DNA from: Amoebidium appalachense
Taxonomy: Eukaryota > Protista > Ichthyosporea
Assembly: GCA_963693365.1 (NCBI GenBank)
Contig: CAVNZM010000010.1
Coordinates: 7,193,794-7,257,793, forward strand
Length of the DNA stretch: 64,000 nucleotides
Direction: 5' to 3'
The translations under genes were made by a program, and so were the position numbers. Numbering within the stretch: position 1 is the stretch's first letter; the number at the start of each line of letters is the position of its first letter. Under the pieces are notes generated by a model. That model ran no database searches, was not told the origin of the DNA, and worked only from the letters and a program-made list of their open reading frames with translations. Shown here in pieces: positions 1 through 13,812 of the stretch.

Positions 1-510
1 CAATTGGGCGAAGAGGAAGCTGCGATGATCAAGTCGATTTCCGAAAGTTTTTCGGATAATTATTCCCCCAACACCAATAATACAGCCCCACCACAGCAAA
101 AACCGGTTTCACCGCTTTCCTACCATTCGTCGTATTCGCAATCTTCTTATTCCCAATCCATCCCTCAGGAATACACACACGATTTTACGGCAGCGGCACC
201 AGACCAGCAATATTATGGTGGAATGCAAGGTGGAATGCCAGGAATGTCGCTAAACACCAATCAGCCGCCAGAGCATTTGCACGCGGTGCAATCTGCCCCC
301 CTTCTTGGGTATGCATCACTACAATCCATGGCATCGATTGCATCCATGGGATCGGTGCAGTCGGTGCAATCGGTGCAATCGGTGCAATCGGTAGACCCGT
401 TTGCCGATTTGAATACTGCAAATTTAGGATTTGACCTCGACTTCAGTCTTGCGGGCGTCGGTGACTACCAGCAGCAAATGATGGCGGGGCACCAAAACTT
501 GAATCAGTGA
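1..510 (+). CDS. 3' end of a gene entering the window; low-complexity S/Q/M-rich C-terminus, function unknown
   Basis: Frame open from base 1 to TGA at 508-510; protein-like composition (SYSQSSYSQS, GGMQGGMPGM, SVQ repeats, acidic/hydrophobic LGFDLDFSL tail); no microsatellite content. No recognisable domain. Confidence 0.6.
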   Translation, partial: QLGEEEAAMIKSISESFSDNYSPNTNNTAPPQQKPVSPLSYHSSYSQSSYSQSIPQEYTHDFTAAAPDQQYYGGMQGGMPGMSLNTNQPPEHLHAVQSAPLLGYASLQSMASIASMGSVQSVQSVQSVQSVDPFADLNTANLGFDLDFSLAGVGDYQQQMMAGHQNLNQ

Positions 511-2429
511 CGTCATTTGGGCGTCGTAAATCGCATTTTTTGAAATTAGGTGGGCTGAGCTAAACCCCATTCTGCTCGATCGGATCTATAATAGGTTGAG
601 ATGGGAATGTTTTTTGAGTTCTTGTTTGTCCAGCAGGGCATGCCATCATTCATCATTCTCTTTAGGTTGGCTGCGACGGGGTACATATTACAACATCCAG
701 AATATTTTACACACACACACATGCATAGATAGACACATGCATGCATTAGCACATGCATGCATCCATGTATACACACAAATGGTAGAGATGCCATTACAAC
801 CTGGATTTTGGATACTTCAAAGTTGTTTGTTTTTCCCCTTTGACGGTGTCTCTTTTTAAGCTGCTCTCCTGTGTCATTGAGAACTCTGGCACATGTTATC
901 ACCAATGTATTTTATTGGTTCAGTGCACGTGTGCTAAAAAAATTTAATTTTTTTTTTCTTGTGGTTTAGAGTTGTTGCAGTGTGTGCGCTGTTTGGAGAG
1001 CGCTCACAAATGAAGCGCTGACGCTAAGACTGTACTTACCAGCGTTACGCGTAGGAATTGTGGTTGGTTTGGTATACTAAACGTTTGGTTGTAGGAAATG
1101 TTACTGGGATTATTACCCTTTTGGTTGTCTTGGTTGTTTGGGGTGTATGATATGATAAACATTCATTGGGTGCCAGGGGTATTATCCAAACGTGGTGTTA
1201 GACAGCCATCATCTTGTCATTGTGCTATAGAGTTTGTTACTACTGGCTACGCCATTCTATTCAGGTGCACGCCCGGTGGTTGATTGCTAACCACATATGT
1301 CTCTGTGAGACTTTGTATATGGCATCGCTATATAATCTTGCAAACTAAAAAATACGCATCATAATTACTGGTTAGGGGTGACGAAAGGGGGTTTCTTTTA
1401 GGGAATCGGGTCGAGTCAGACCCGAAGCGATTTGTCGGTGTTTGGCAAGAGGCGCACCATGGACTCTGCACTAGTGGTGCCGGCAGCGGACGACCCCAGG
1501 CCCATGTGCACGGGTGCATGCTCACTCACCTGTTCCAGCCACGTGCACCCTTATGAAAGCTTGCGGCCAGAAATATGTCTTATATATATTACTGGAGGTC
1601 GCCGTGCTGGACAAAAAGGCTCTGTCCCCCACTCATGCATGCAAGGGGGGAGGTCACGGCCAACATGTTGGCCATCATGGGACAAGTGCGGCGCATCATC
1701 ATCACGTGCCTCGAGAGGCTGGTCATGAATGATTTCAATAAGCCGTGAGTTCCCCGTAACTGGAACACTTCTCACCCAGGTCCCACCATTTCCCACTTAA
1801 GATATACATTGCATATGGTGACATCGAGCGCCATATGTACACCGCCACCCCCGGGTCGCAACTTCAGAGCTCAGAGGCTATATATGGGGACATGTGACTT
1901 TTTTTCTTTTTCTTTTTTTTTTTTTTTTAACACGAATGATTTAACAATAAATGTTGCCTATGAACTCTGTCCTCGACACAGTCAATGACACTATTGCTTT
2001 CACAAGATTTAACGGTTACCACGAGAATACCATATAAATATTTATGAATATTTCTGATCAAGCAACAGTATTCCTACCACGATGCATTTGGTATGATCAA
2101 AGCCTGTGTGTTTAGAATGACGAACGATTCGGAGCACAAACACACATCCGGGTACCCAAGGCAAACAATCGAAACAAAAACCTATAAAATCCGATAGTAT
2201 AAAATCACTCGCAGTCCGATCGCCATGATAGTTGCTTATGTCATCATGGATGGTACCATACGATTATTTCAATGACATGCTTTCAGACAAAGGATTTTTG
2301 AGGGGGACAATCATTCATGGGTGCCCCACAGGAGGCACAACCCAGCCAAAACGAAATCTCGACTTGAAACTGAGACGCAAGATCATCGAAAAAGACGCAC
2401 CACTTAAGGACATACCAATCTCATACCAT

Positions 2430-2463
<34 letters not shown>

Positions 2464-2486
2464 CCTCCCTCCCCCTCGCGAGCCTC

Positions 2487-3209
2487 CTATTCTTCGCTGG
2501 CTGACGTGTCACCATCATCTTGCACCATGTCCAACCCCCCCTCCACCTCCCCCATCTCCGTATCTCCCTCCTCATTACCCCCCTGTCCCTCCTCCTTCAC
2601 CTCACCTTCAACCACCTCATAACCCTCTGCATCCGCCTCTACCGGCTGTGGTGCAACGGGGAGAAGCACAAACGCCGACCCTCCCTTCTTTGCCGTTTCA
2701 GCCGTGACGACCCTAAAAGACTTAATCTGCGTTTTTGCAGTTTTTTCCGTTATTTCCGGTTTTTCCGTTGTTGTACCCGTAGATACTCTTTCCATGGCGC
2801 CGCACGCCACAAGTTCCTTCTCCAACCACTCTGCCTGATTCGCCATCCTCTGAATCATTAAAGAGTGGTTTCTTCCTGCAGGGCTATCATCCAACCCCCT
2901 CTTCTTTAACTCATTCAGTTGTTCCTCTGCTATTGATTGTTGCCCTCTCAACTGTTGTAATTGCAACTGCAACCCTCTTGCTGTATCACTCCTTTTTGGT
3001 CTACCCCTGGTGATCAGTGTTGGGTGGCCCGTTGAACTGTTGCCCGCTGGTCTCTGTGTTGTGGTGGGTGTGTGGGTGCTTGCCCTGGCAGCAATGCGGC
3101 GGCCTACAAGGTGGTCTCGTCTTGTTTGATCCAGGGGAGGAAAACGGTGCCTGTCTTGCAGACGCCTGAATGGGGATGATGGGGAATGAGGAGTGGTTGT
3201 GGATGACAT
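2487..3209 (-). CDS. Hypothetical 240-aa single-exon protein with central coiled-coil and acidic tail
   Basis: ATG-to-TAG ORF that is not repeat-derived; heptad-like LQLQLQQLRGQQSIAEEQLNELKK and E/G-rich C-terminus. Could instead be a terminal exon of the upstream minus-strand gene. Confidence 0.5.
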   Translation of the reverse strand: MSSTTTPHSPSSPFRRLQDRHRFPPLDQTRRDHLVGRRIAARASTHTPTTTQRPAGNSSTGHPTLITRGRPKRSDTARGLQLQLQQLRGQQSIAEEQLNELKKRGLDDSPAGRNHSLMIQRMANQAEWLEKELVACGAMERVSTGTTTEKPEITEKTAKTQIKSFRVVTAETAKKGGSAFVLLPVAPQPVEADAEGYEVVEGEVKEEGQGGNEEGDTEMGEVEGGLDMVQDDGDTSASEE

Positions 3210-3251
3210 AAAGGGTCATGGGGGGAGAAGGGTTACGCACACACGACCGTG

Positions 3252-3283
<32 letters not shown>

Positions 3284-3455
3284 CGTGTGCGTATGGGGAA
3301 AGGGGGGGGGGGGGGGGGGGGGGGGTCAGCATGCAGTACACATTACGAAGTACGAATTCACAATGGGTAATGAGCGCGGATCTGCGGAACAGACACAGCA
3401 TGTAGTATGAGTAATATTCCTCTCCCATTTTCCCCCCCGTCTTTCTTTCTTTCTT

Positions 3456-3543
<88 letters not shown>

Positions 3544-3648
3544 GGGGGGGTCCGAACAGAAATGCTGCGTGTAACATGCTAGAACACAACAGCCCCAATA
3601 AGTGCAGCATTTTTCACCTCCTCTGCCATTGGCTGCGAGCTCTATCGC

Positions 3649-3715
3649 TCATGAATGCAGGTGTCGACAGGTGGCCACACACCTTGTAGGGGGAGAGGGG
3701 GGAGGGGGGAGGGGG

Positions 3716-3760
<45 letters not shown>

Positions 3761-4341
3761 GTGGGGGAGGGAGGGGAGGGGGGGGGGGGGGTATCAATAC
3801 CTTAGCTGTGTTTTTAGGGGCCCCTCACACGAGTGTCTGTGGTTGAGACAGAAGACGGCCTCAGCAAGCAGATGGCCTGGTAGCACCCCCCCATTTCTCC
3901 GCCTCACTGGAGAAACGGTGGCTCAGAAGGTCAGCGGGTGGAGGGGAGACAGGAAGGTGAGGATTGTGGTGAGAGAGAGAGGGAGAGAGAGGCAGAGGGG
4001 GAAGGAAGGAAGGAGCGAGGGGGGGGAGGGGGGGGGGGGGGGGGGGGGGAGGGGGTAGTGAGGGGGTGAGAGAAAGGGAAGGCAGGGAGGGGGTAAGAAA
4101 GAGAAGGAAGGTAGGGAGGGAGTAAGAGAGAGTGTGTAGCACGCAAGCATGGACCCAAGCACGCACCTGCACGTGGACTTGCCCATCCCCATATCCACAC
4201 AGCCAGCCATGCCTAGTCGTGCCCATGTGCCCATCCCCCCACATGTGCACACCCACGTAATCCCCCCCCCCCCCCCCCTCCCCCCCCCCCCAAAATGCCC
4301 ACCCACACCCACACCACACCCACCGACACCCCCCATCCCCC

Positions 4342-4372
<31 letters not shown>

Positions 4373-4916
4373 ACGCACACACACACAAAGCCACGCACCC
4401 ACCTTCCATCCGGGCGTGTACCCAACTCCCTTGGTTGGCCTGTTGCCGTGTAGTAGGTGAGGGGTCGGCCATCATTGGTTGGGCCTAGCAGGGTGGCCCT
4501 CTGGCTCATATCCAAAGTACCCTCTAGCCCCTTGGCCCTGTATTGCACACAGTCAGTGGCCATAAATGAAGTCATGAAGTGCATGGTGACATGAAGAATG
4601 TGTGTGCATAAAAAAATATCAAATAATCGGTGCAGATAGTAGTGTTGTTTGACCCAGGGAGGGAAACGCACAGAGTTGAATTCGCCGCACTCGGCTGCAA
4701 TCTCTTCTTCTTTGTTTCAGCAGTGCACCAGAACAAAAGAGAAACCAAAAAGGGCACGAAGGATCAACTCCCCTCGGCTTATCTTGGAAAAGGGGAAGAG
4801 GGGGAAGCGGAGGGGAGGAAAAGAAAAAGAAGGGCGGGGAGAGGGTATGTGAGTGAGTGAGTGAGTGAATGAGTGATTGAGTTCGTGCGTGAGCGAGCAT
4901 GTGTGTGTATGTGTGT

Positions 4917-4974
<58 letters not shown>

Positions 4975-5252
4975 TGTGTTTCAACATACATCTGGTCAGC
5001 AAAGTAGGGTGCAGGCCACTCGACCAATAGCCTATCAGGCAGACTATCAAAGTACCACCACTGCCTCGAGAACCTATCCACCCCCAGTGGCCTGGGCCCC
5101 TTGTAGCGCCTGTTGCGTGCTGTCAGCTCTGCTCGTGCACTCGTTTCGTTGTTTACGGGGGCAGGGGCCTTGCCGTTTTCCCTGTTGGGTTGGTTAGAGC
5201 GCATGTTAGAAGCATATAGAGCTAATGATATTTTGACACTTGTTTTACCTTC

Positions 5253-5297
<45 letters not shown>

Positions 5298-6294
5298 ACC
5301 CCCCTCCCTCCCCCCCCCACCCCCCCCCTTGGTGCCAACAACAAGCAGACGTCCAGTCTGTCACGACTACTGATATAACGAACAATGCGAGGGCAAGGGA
5401 GGAACAGAAGAGAGAGAAACAAATGCGTGCACCAAGACTTGTTGTGGGCAGTGAGAGAACCCAAGCTCCAAAGCACATTAATTATTGCCGAAAGAGCATG
5501 CGATCAAAGCCAGAAAAGCAGAACACACCGACAACGTTTAAACTGTTTATACGGTACTGCACTTTGTAAGTACAGGTGCAGGTGTGTGGTCACCAAGCGT
5601 GTTTCGTCCTGTGTTGTGTCCAGTCCAACATTTGGTGCGGGCATGACGCCGTTTAGTAAATGGTTGCACAAAGGAGGCATGGCGCGGTGTCGAAAGCATA
5701 GTGATAGTATGGACAGATGGTGATACCGGTATACACGGTTTCCCCTGCCTTCTCCTATAATCTTGCACAACAACTTTGTACAGGCATAGAGACAACCAAC
5801 TACGTATGTATTAAAGTAAAATCAACAACACTTTTGCAGACATGTTTTTTTTTTTGTTTTTTGTTTTTTTATAAAAAAACCCCCACGTACTTTGTGTTTT
5901 CATCCTCCTCCTTCTCCTCCTCTGCCTTCTTGCCATTCTCATCAGCACCCACATGCCCCAAGTCATCTGCACAAAAAAAAAAAAAAAAAATGCAGTTGGT
6001 GAGTTCAGAGCAAATGAAATCATGGAATATAAAATGCAATAGAGAGGTTTGGTTTGATTAGCCGTGGGAAGGAAAGGATTGATAGTGCGTTGTGTGGTCA
6101 TGCAAAAAGGGAACCTGGGAAAGCAGAAAAGTACAAGTGCTTTATAAACGTGCGGTATAACCTTCCCCCACCCCCCCTCCTCCATCGCAGGCGCATATGA
6201 TTGTCTGTGTGTTGGTGTGCTTGTGCTTATGCATGTAGCACAGCGCACACACAAACACACACACTCTCTGTGTGTATCTCCGAAGACTCCCCAG

Positions 6295-6332
<38 letters not shown>

Positions 6333-9300
6333 TCTCTCTCTCTCTCTTATGTGTGTGTGTCAACACACATGCGAGCGCAGACACGCTCACACATCCATAA
6401 TCCCCCCCTCCCTCCCCCTTTCTCTTTTCTCTCTGTGTGTGCCTGTGTACAATGCTGCACGTGCATGTGTAAGCACCACCAACCAGCACCGCCACACACC
6501 TTCAACCTTAACCCTTTTTGCTTCTCCCCCGTCAGGTGTTGCTGCAGGCTCTGTGCCACGTCTCCTCTTGCCCTTTGCCGAGTTGGGTTGGGTGGGTGGG
6601 GGTAGGTCCTCCGTAGCTACATGGTTGTCCTCCTTGCCATGTGCTGTGCGTGCATGTGTGAGTTAGTGACTACATGAACACGAGTCTGACTATGACCCCG
6701 CAATGGGCGGATGCTGCAGAACACATTAGTTAGTGACATGTAAATGCCGCGATGTGATTGGCTGATGCAGCATCCCGGGCGGCAACAGGGTAAAAAGGCT
6801 GCCAATCATATTTATGCACAGTTCGAAACAAAAATGTCGACCGCATCTCGTTGACTGCAGTTTCCTGTATACGTAGGCTCGTTGTTAACTTGTCTCTTGC
6901 GCTAAAACAAACGAAGCTTAGGCTATAGGAGTTTGCCAGTTATAAAGTTTGGGACAGTCTTAGCTATGGCCAAAACAAGTAAACCAAAACAGACCAATCC
7001 CGCAAAGAAACCAAGGAAACCACGGCGAAGCAAGGAAGAGATACAATGGGATAAGGAGGAGAAGGAAAGAAAGAAGGCACAGAGAGAGAAGATTCGGCAA
7101 GAAAAAGGAGAACAAAAAAAACAGGCAAAGGAAAAAAAGAACAAGCAGCCGAGCAGAAGAAACGGGAAGCAGACTTGGAAGCACAAAGGAAACGAGGCCA
7201 GCTCCAGGCCACATACAACCAGATCGTGTTTGATAGGTTTATAAGTGAGAGTGCTGAGGAACTGAAACGTGACCCAGACGCGTGGCGTTTGGCTGCAGAC
7301 GGTCGTTAGAGCAAAATATGTAGCGACACGTTTCGGGACAACGGATATTCGGCTTACAAAACTGTCTTAGGCGAGCACGTTTCATTTGACACCGAACCCG
7401 AGGAAACACAACCTGCTGGCAATGGATTGGATACAAATCACTAATATTAAATCGGCTAAACATTCCTAAAATTGAACAATCCAATCAAGCAGCGTTACAA
7501 GGAGTTGCAAAACTTTCGGGAGCCAATGATGACGATGGCGTCATACGCTTTCAAGCCTACTTATCTGCCACATCCGCCCATTGCGGGGTCATAGTCTATG
7601 TGCACCTGTCCCAACTCTTCTATTCTCTCTCCCCCCCTCCCCCCCCCCCCCCCCCCATCTCTTTATCTCTCTCCCTCTTTCTCTTCGTTCTCCCCCCCCC
7701 CCCCCCCCCCCCCCCCGGGGGCGAGGGCGCCATAACCGCCATTTTCCAAAAAACACACGTACACACACACGTCCCCTTCAACTATCCGTCTCACCACCCA
7801 CCCGACAAACAACAGAGCAGCATCTCAAAAACCACATCCGATCTGTAAAACGTGTGCGAGTGTTTGAGTGCATATTTGGACATGGAAGTACGTGCGAGTA
7901 CCTCTATGTTGTGTGTGTATGCATATGTGCCTGTATGTGTATGCATGCACGGGTTTGTCTCCGTGTGTGCCTATGTGTGTATGCATGCACGGGTTTGTCT
8001 CAGTGTGTGCCTATGTGTGTATGCATGCACGGGTTTGTCTCAGTGTGTGCCTATGTGTGTATGCATGCACGGGTATGTCTCAGTGTGTGCCTATGTGTGT
8101 ATGCATGCACGGGTTTGTCTCAGTGTGTGCCTATGTGTGTGTGCATGCACGGGTTTGTCTCAGTGCGTGCCTATGTGTGTATGCATGCACGGGTTTGTCT
8201 CAGTGCGTGCCTATGTGTGTATGCATGCACGGGTTTGTCTCAGTGTGTGCCTATGTGTGTATGCATGCACGGGTTTGTCTCAGTGTGTGCCTATGTGTGT
8301 ATGCATGCACGGGTATGTCTCAGTGTGTGCCTATGTGTGTATGCATGCACGGGTTTGTCTCAGTGTGTGCCTATGTGTGTGTGCATGCACGGGTTTGTCT
8401 CAGTGCGTGCCTATGTGTGTATGCATGCACGGGTTTGTCTCAGTGTGTGCCTATGTGTGTATGCATGCACGGGTTTGTCTCAGTGTGTGCCTATAATATA
8501 TGCGTGTGCCTATGTGTGTATGCATGCACGGGTTTGTCTCAGTGTGTGCTTATGTGTGTATGCATGCACCGGTTTGTCTCAGTGTGTGCCTATGTGTATG
8601 CATGCACGGGTTTGTCTCAGTGTGTGCCTATGTGTGTATGCATGCACGGGTATGTCTCAGTGTGTGCCTATGTGTGTATGCATGCACGGGTTTGTCTCAG
8701 TGTGTGCCTATGTGTGTATGCATGCACGGGTTTGCCTCAGTGTGTGCCTATGTGTGTATGCATGCACGGGTTTGTCTCAGTGTGTGCCTATGTGTGTGTG
8801 CATGCACGGGTTTGTCTCAGTGTGTGCCTATGTGTGTATGCATGCACGGGTTTGTCTCAGTGTGTGCCTATGTGTGTAGGCATGTACGAGTATGTGTCTG
8901 TGTGTGCCGGCACGTGTACATGTACATAAGCAAGTGGGTGGATCAACACGTACGCAGCATGGGGTTGAGTGTGTCGTCTATGTACTGGCCCATCCTGTTA
9001 GTGGCCAGTAGCTGTTCACACAGCGCCCGGCACACCAGCACCTTGTCCCCTGCACACACAATGCCGTCAGTTGCATCGTGAGGACGTGAACTTGAGGTGG
9101 CGGCTGCGGGGTTTGGAATACGAAACACGGTACGAAGCACAGCTACACGATGAGAAACACATGCGAGGGGAAGGGGGGAAGTAGGGCAGGACGGGAGAGG
9201 GGGGGGGGGGGGGGGGTGATGGTTCAAGTCATTAAGGCACTCAAGGCCTGTGATTGCTGCATAGGAGAGGTGTGTGGCCGGCGGTCAAGCTGCCAGGGGG

Positions 9301-9799
9301 AGGAGGAGGGGGGGGGGGGGGGGGGGGGAGGGGGAGGTATACCTGGGGGCAGGGTCCATATTGGGGCACGGGCCAGTTTGGCCACAGCATCAGGCAGACG
9401 TTCAAACGGACTATTGATGGTCCCTGTGGGACACAGAGCCTCCTTGACGTGGGGCTGTACGGGCATGGGGAGGGGTTAGGAAAGGAGAGTGGGGGTGTAG
9501 ATTGTGTTCAAGAGTACGAAGTACATACTAATAATGGAAAACAGCATGCAGAGTGCAAACCACACACAAAGAGTGTGCATGATAAGCAGGAAGGAGAGAG
9601 GGGGGTGGGGAGTGGGGGGGGGGGGGTGGCAGCGTTCACTGCTTATTATACAAACAGAGAGAGAGAGAGAGCACCGATGCGGTGGTCGTGGACGGGAGAA
9701 GAGAGGGAAGAGGGAAAGGGGAGGGGAGGGATGAGGGGGAAGGGTTCAGGGGAGGGTGGGGTCGGTTGGTGTGTGTGTGTGTGTTTGTGTGTGTGTTGG

Positions 9800-9835
<36 letters not shown>

Positions 9836-10202
9836 GGGGGATGTTACCAGCATAAGATATTTGACCACGGCAGCAGGCACGGTCTTGAAGGACACAGCCA
9901 TGCCCTGCAGACTGTAGTATTCCTGGGAGGTGCAGGAAGTATCAGGGCTGATATGTATGTTGATGCAATGGCATGGTTGCTTGCATCAAAAATTCAAGGT
10001 AGACATTTAGAGAACAGGGTAAGAGAATACGAAGGACAAGGAAAGTATCAAAGGCATGGCAAGAGATTCTAACGAGGGCAGAAAGCATAGTTCCAAAAAT
10101 AACGGGTGAGGAAGGTTAAGGTCCTATGTATAGGTGGTCAGACCACATGTTATTGGAAAGGAAGAGACAGAGAAAGCAAGAGACGAAGAGCATGGTGCAG
10201 GA

Positions 10203-10239
<37 letters not shown>

Positions 10240-11661
10240 GTGTGTGTGTGTGTGCACACACGCCGAGGGTGCAGCACGCCCGTCTGCCTGAACTACATGT
10301 GTGCCACGGGAGAAAAGGGGGAAGGAGGGGGGGGGGGGGGGGGGGTAAATACCTCATCATTTTCCGAAGCAAAGCGGCCGTCCAAGCCGCCAGCAGCGCA
10401 GATGTGGCAGTACCAGTTGCCTTCGGGTATCTGCAAACACAGGCAGGGGGTCAGGGATGGGCCTAACTGCTTATGCTACCGATCACTGGTGTAAGGGTTA
10501 ATGATTCACAGGTAGCAAGCCGTGGAAAGACGGCTCGGTTGGGACATGCAAGGTTTGGGATTAACGAAACGTGAAAGTGCCAGAGTAACGATAGATGATT
10601 GCGGTGTAACAACACAAACTACATCTGCGCACATGTTTGAGCATACGGTGGGTCACAAAGCGTGCGAAATATGACACATGCCGCCAATGACAACCAACCA
10701 CATTCCCCCACCTTGCTGTAATCCACTAAGCATCAACAACACATGCGCCAACGTCCACCACACAGAGCCCAAGATGAAAAGCAAAAGAGAAAAAGAATAG
10801 GAGGTCGGGATTTGTTCGCTGTGAGTGTGTGTGTGTGTGTTGGTGTTAATGGTGATGGTGGTGGTGGTGGTGGTGTGTGTGTGTGTGGTGGTGGGGGGGG
10901 GGGGGGGGGGGGGGTCCGCACCTGCTGCAGTGGGGGGTCCAGGCAGTATGTGTGGTAGCCCCTATCACAGTAGTCACACAGCAGCATCATCTCATCATGG
11001 TCTCCATGCAAACAGTACTCGCACGCAGTAGTACTGTACGCAGCAGCAGCAGCCGGAACAGGAACAGCCGTTGCCTGCTTTGTGGGCGTGTCGGTAGGGT
11101 TTGGGGTAGGATGGGGGGATGAACCCACAACCAATCGGATGGTGAGTTTATTCTTGCTCTTCCCACCCTCCTCATCCCCATCATTTTTGGCGTTTTGGTC
11201 AGGGGTGATTCTCCCCTGATCATCGCCGCTCTGACTGCTCTGAGTTTGTAGTTGCTGTTGTTGCATAGTTTTGATGCGTCTGCTCTCACGCACGGGTTGG
11301 GTACCGCTAGCGTGGGTTGGTGGGTGTGGCGGTGCGTCGGGTGAGTTTTTGGCGCGGGTAGTGGATTGACGACCGTTTGCGTTCTTGCCCTTGCCGCCTG
11401 ACTTGGTCACCATTTCGTCTTTGGTGGTAGGTGGTTTATCCTGTTGAAAAAATGTGAATAACGGCGGTGCCATTGCTGGATTACGGTGTGGAAGAAAGGT
11501 TTCAACAGGATGGGGGTGGAACTCGTAGGATTACAATGCGTGGGGTAGGTTAGGGCAAAGAGCTGAAAACATTGTTTGTGTTGGTGTGTGTATGGAAGTG
11601 TCTGTGTTTGTGTTGCAGTGAAGATCTGTACCCACGTGTGTGCATGTGTGTGTGCATGGCT

Positions 11662-11692
<31 letters not shown>

Positions 11693-12591
11693 GGGGGGGG
11701 GGGAGGGGGAGGGCTCGTGCGTATGTGGGCTCTCGTGCATGCACGCGTGTGCATCCGTGCTTCGTCTGTGTGTGTGTCTCTCTGTGCGTGCACGTGTTTT
11801 TTGTGTGCTCTATCAGTGGCAGAGGCAGAGGGTGTATAGAACACGATGGTGAAAACACAAGAGCTAAAACAACACACACCTGGTTTTTCACTCACAACAC
11901 CATTCAACAGATCCATTAAAGAGAAACCGACCAGTCTGCAAGGCCAAAGTGCCTTGAGCAGTGCCCATCATTATAAGGAAGGGGGTGGAGAGGGAGCACG
12001 GGCAGGCGGGTGGACGGACAGCGGCGGCGGCGGCGGGGGGATGGGGGGGGGGGGGGGGGGATGTTATACCTCCTGGGGGTGAAGGGATGGATGGGCAGAG
12101 GGACGGCCACTGAATCTTTGGCGCTCTATTTCCAGCATCAGGCCCCCAAGGTTGTAGTCCGTGTCCCCCTTGGTGCACAGGTTGAAGTCGCAGGGCTGCA
12201 GCGGCATTGTGTGAGTCAATGCATGGTCCCAAGAAAGGTTGATTTGTGTGTGTGTGTGTGTTCGTGTGTGTGTGTGTGTGTGTGTGCGTGTGCGTGTGTG
12301 TGTGTACATGTATGCCTGTGCCCGCAAATGTGCAGCGTATGGCACATCTGGGACTGGGGTTCATCCTAATCAGCACAAGGGCGCCCATCACACACCACGG
12401 AGGCCCAGGGGTATGGGCACTGGGGAAAAAGGGGGGGGGGGGGGGGAGGGGGTGAGGAGTGAGGGAGTGAGGAAGGAGGGTGGGAGGGGGGACGGGGGGC
12501 GGGGGAGGAGGGCGGACGGGGGGGGGAAGGGGGAGGGGGGGGAGAGAGAGAGGGGGGGGGAGAGAGGGGGGGGGGGGGGGAGAGAGAGAGA

Positions 12592-12630
<39 letters not shown>

Positions 12631-12654
12631 GGGGGAAGGGGGGGGGGGGGGGGG

Positions 12655-12686
<32 letters not shown>

Positions 12687-13775
12687 AGGGGGAGGGGGGG
12701 GGGGGGGGGGGGGAGGAAGAGAGAGAAAGAGAGAATGACACACACCCGTAGCTCAGGGACAGGTAGGCCCCAGGCATAGTCTGTAGGGAACTTCTCGTCG
12801 TTGTGCAGCACGGCACACAGCAGCTCCTGCAGCACACACAGAAGGGCCAGGCTGCCCTCCTCATCAGCACCCTCAACACTGTGCTCAAAGTCCTCTGTAA
12901 ACAGAAACATGTTAGAAAACAAAAACACTCAGTGTGAAGACCATGCGCACGGGCACACACACATGACGGGATATGGTAGGTCTCTGCAAATGAGTGTGTC
13001 CACCCGTGGCAAACACATGATATATTTCGGCGTAGCCGTGAAAACGACAACCACATAGCAGATCAGTCGCACCCAGACACCGAAGACGCCTTTTACAAAC
13101 AAACAGGTGCAAAGGAAAGTGATTGCAAAGAAGTGTTCCTTTATCATACTGGGATTTACACGCCCTTCACAAACCCTCAACTTCCCCTTCCTCACTCACT
13201 TCTCTGTCCTTCTCCTTCCCACAAGCACCCCCACCACACCACCATCCCCACAGTACACATACATCTTCATGAGCGACCAAACACGTGCCTACAGGCACAA
13301 GCACATCATCGACACCTGTGAGCTGAGTACCCCACCATCACACCCACCACCACCACACACACACATGCACATGCACACACACACACACGTAGAGCCCACC
13401 TAGGGTGATGGGCAGGGGGAAGGACACATCCAGGAACTCTGTGAAGCTCTGCATCATCTCCCACACCTGCAGAGAAAACACTCAGTGCTGATTCACCCTG
13501 CATGTTCCGACCCCCCCCCCCCCCCCCCCCCTCCTTCCCCGGGGCAGAACATCCCCCCCCCCCTCCCCCTCCCCCCCCTCCCCCCCCCCCCCCCCCTCCC
13601 CACCACACCACCACCACCAACCAGACCATGTTCTAAGCGCCTCGTCACCCATGCCCTTGCCTAATTACACATGAACTATCACACAATCAACAATTTCCAC
13701 CACCTCCCATAAACAGAAATTCAGCCACACCTCATGGCCACTAACCACCTACAGCGCACACACGCGGTGAGCATC

Positions 13776-13812
<37 letters not shown>

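Noticed and set aside
4930-4973. Exact lengths of 30-50 nt G/C homopolymers as a biological signal
   Set aside because: Homopolymer lengths are unreliable in assemblies; only their position and strand were used.
7581-9081. Long Cys-rich ORFs (432, 353, 214 aa) and CRISPR-like periodicity
   Set aside because: A pure 40-bp tandem repeat with no unique spacers, open in several frames; no cas genes; eukaryotic intron.
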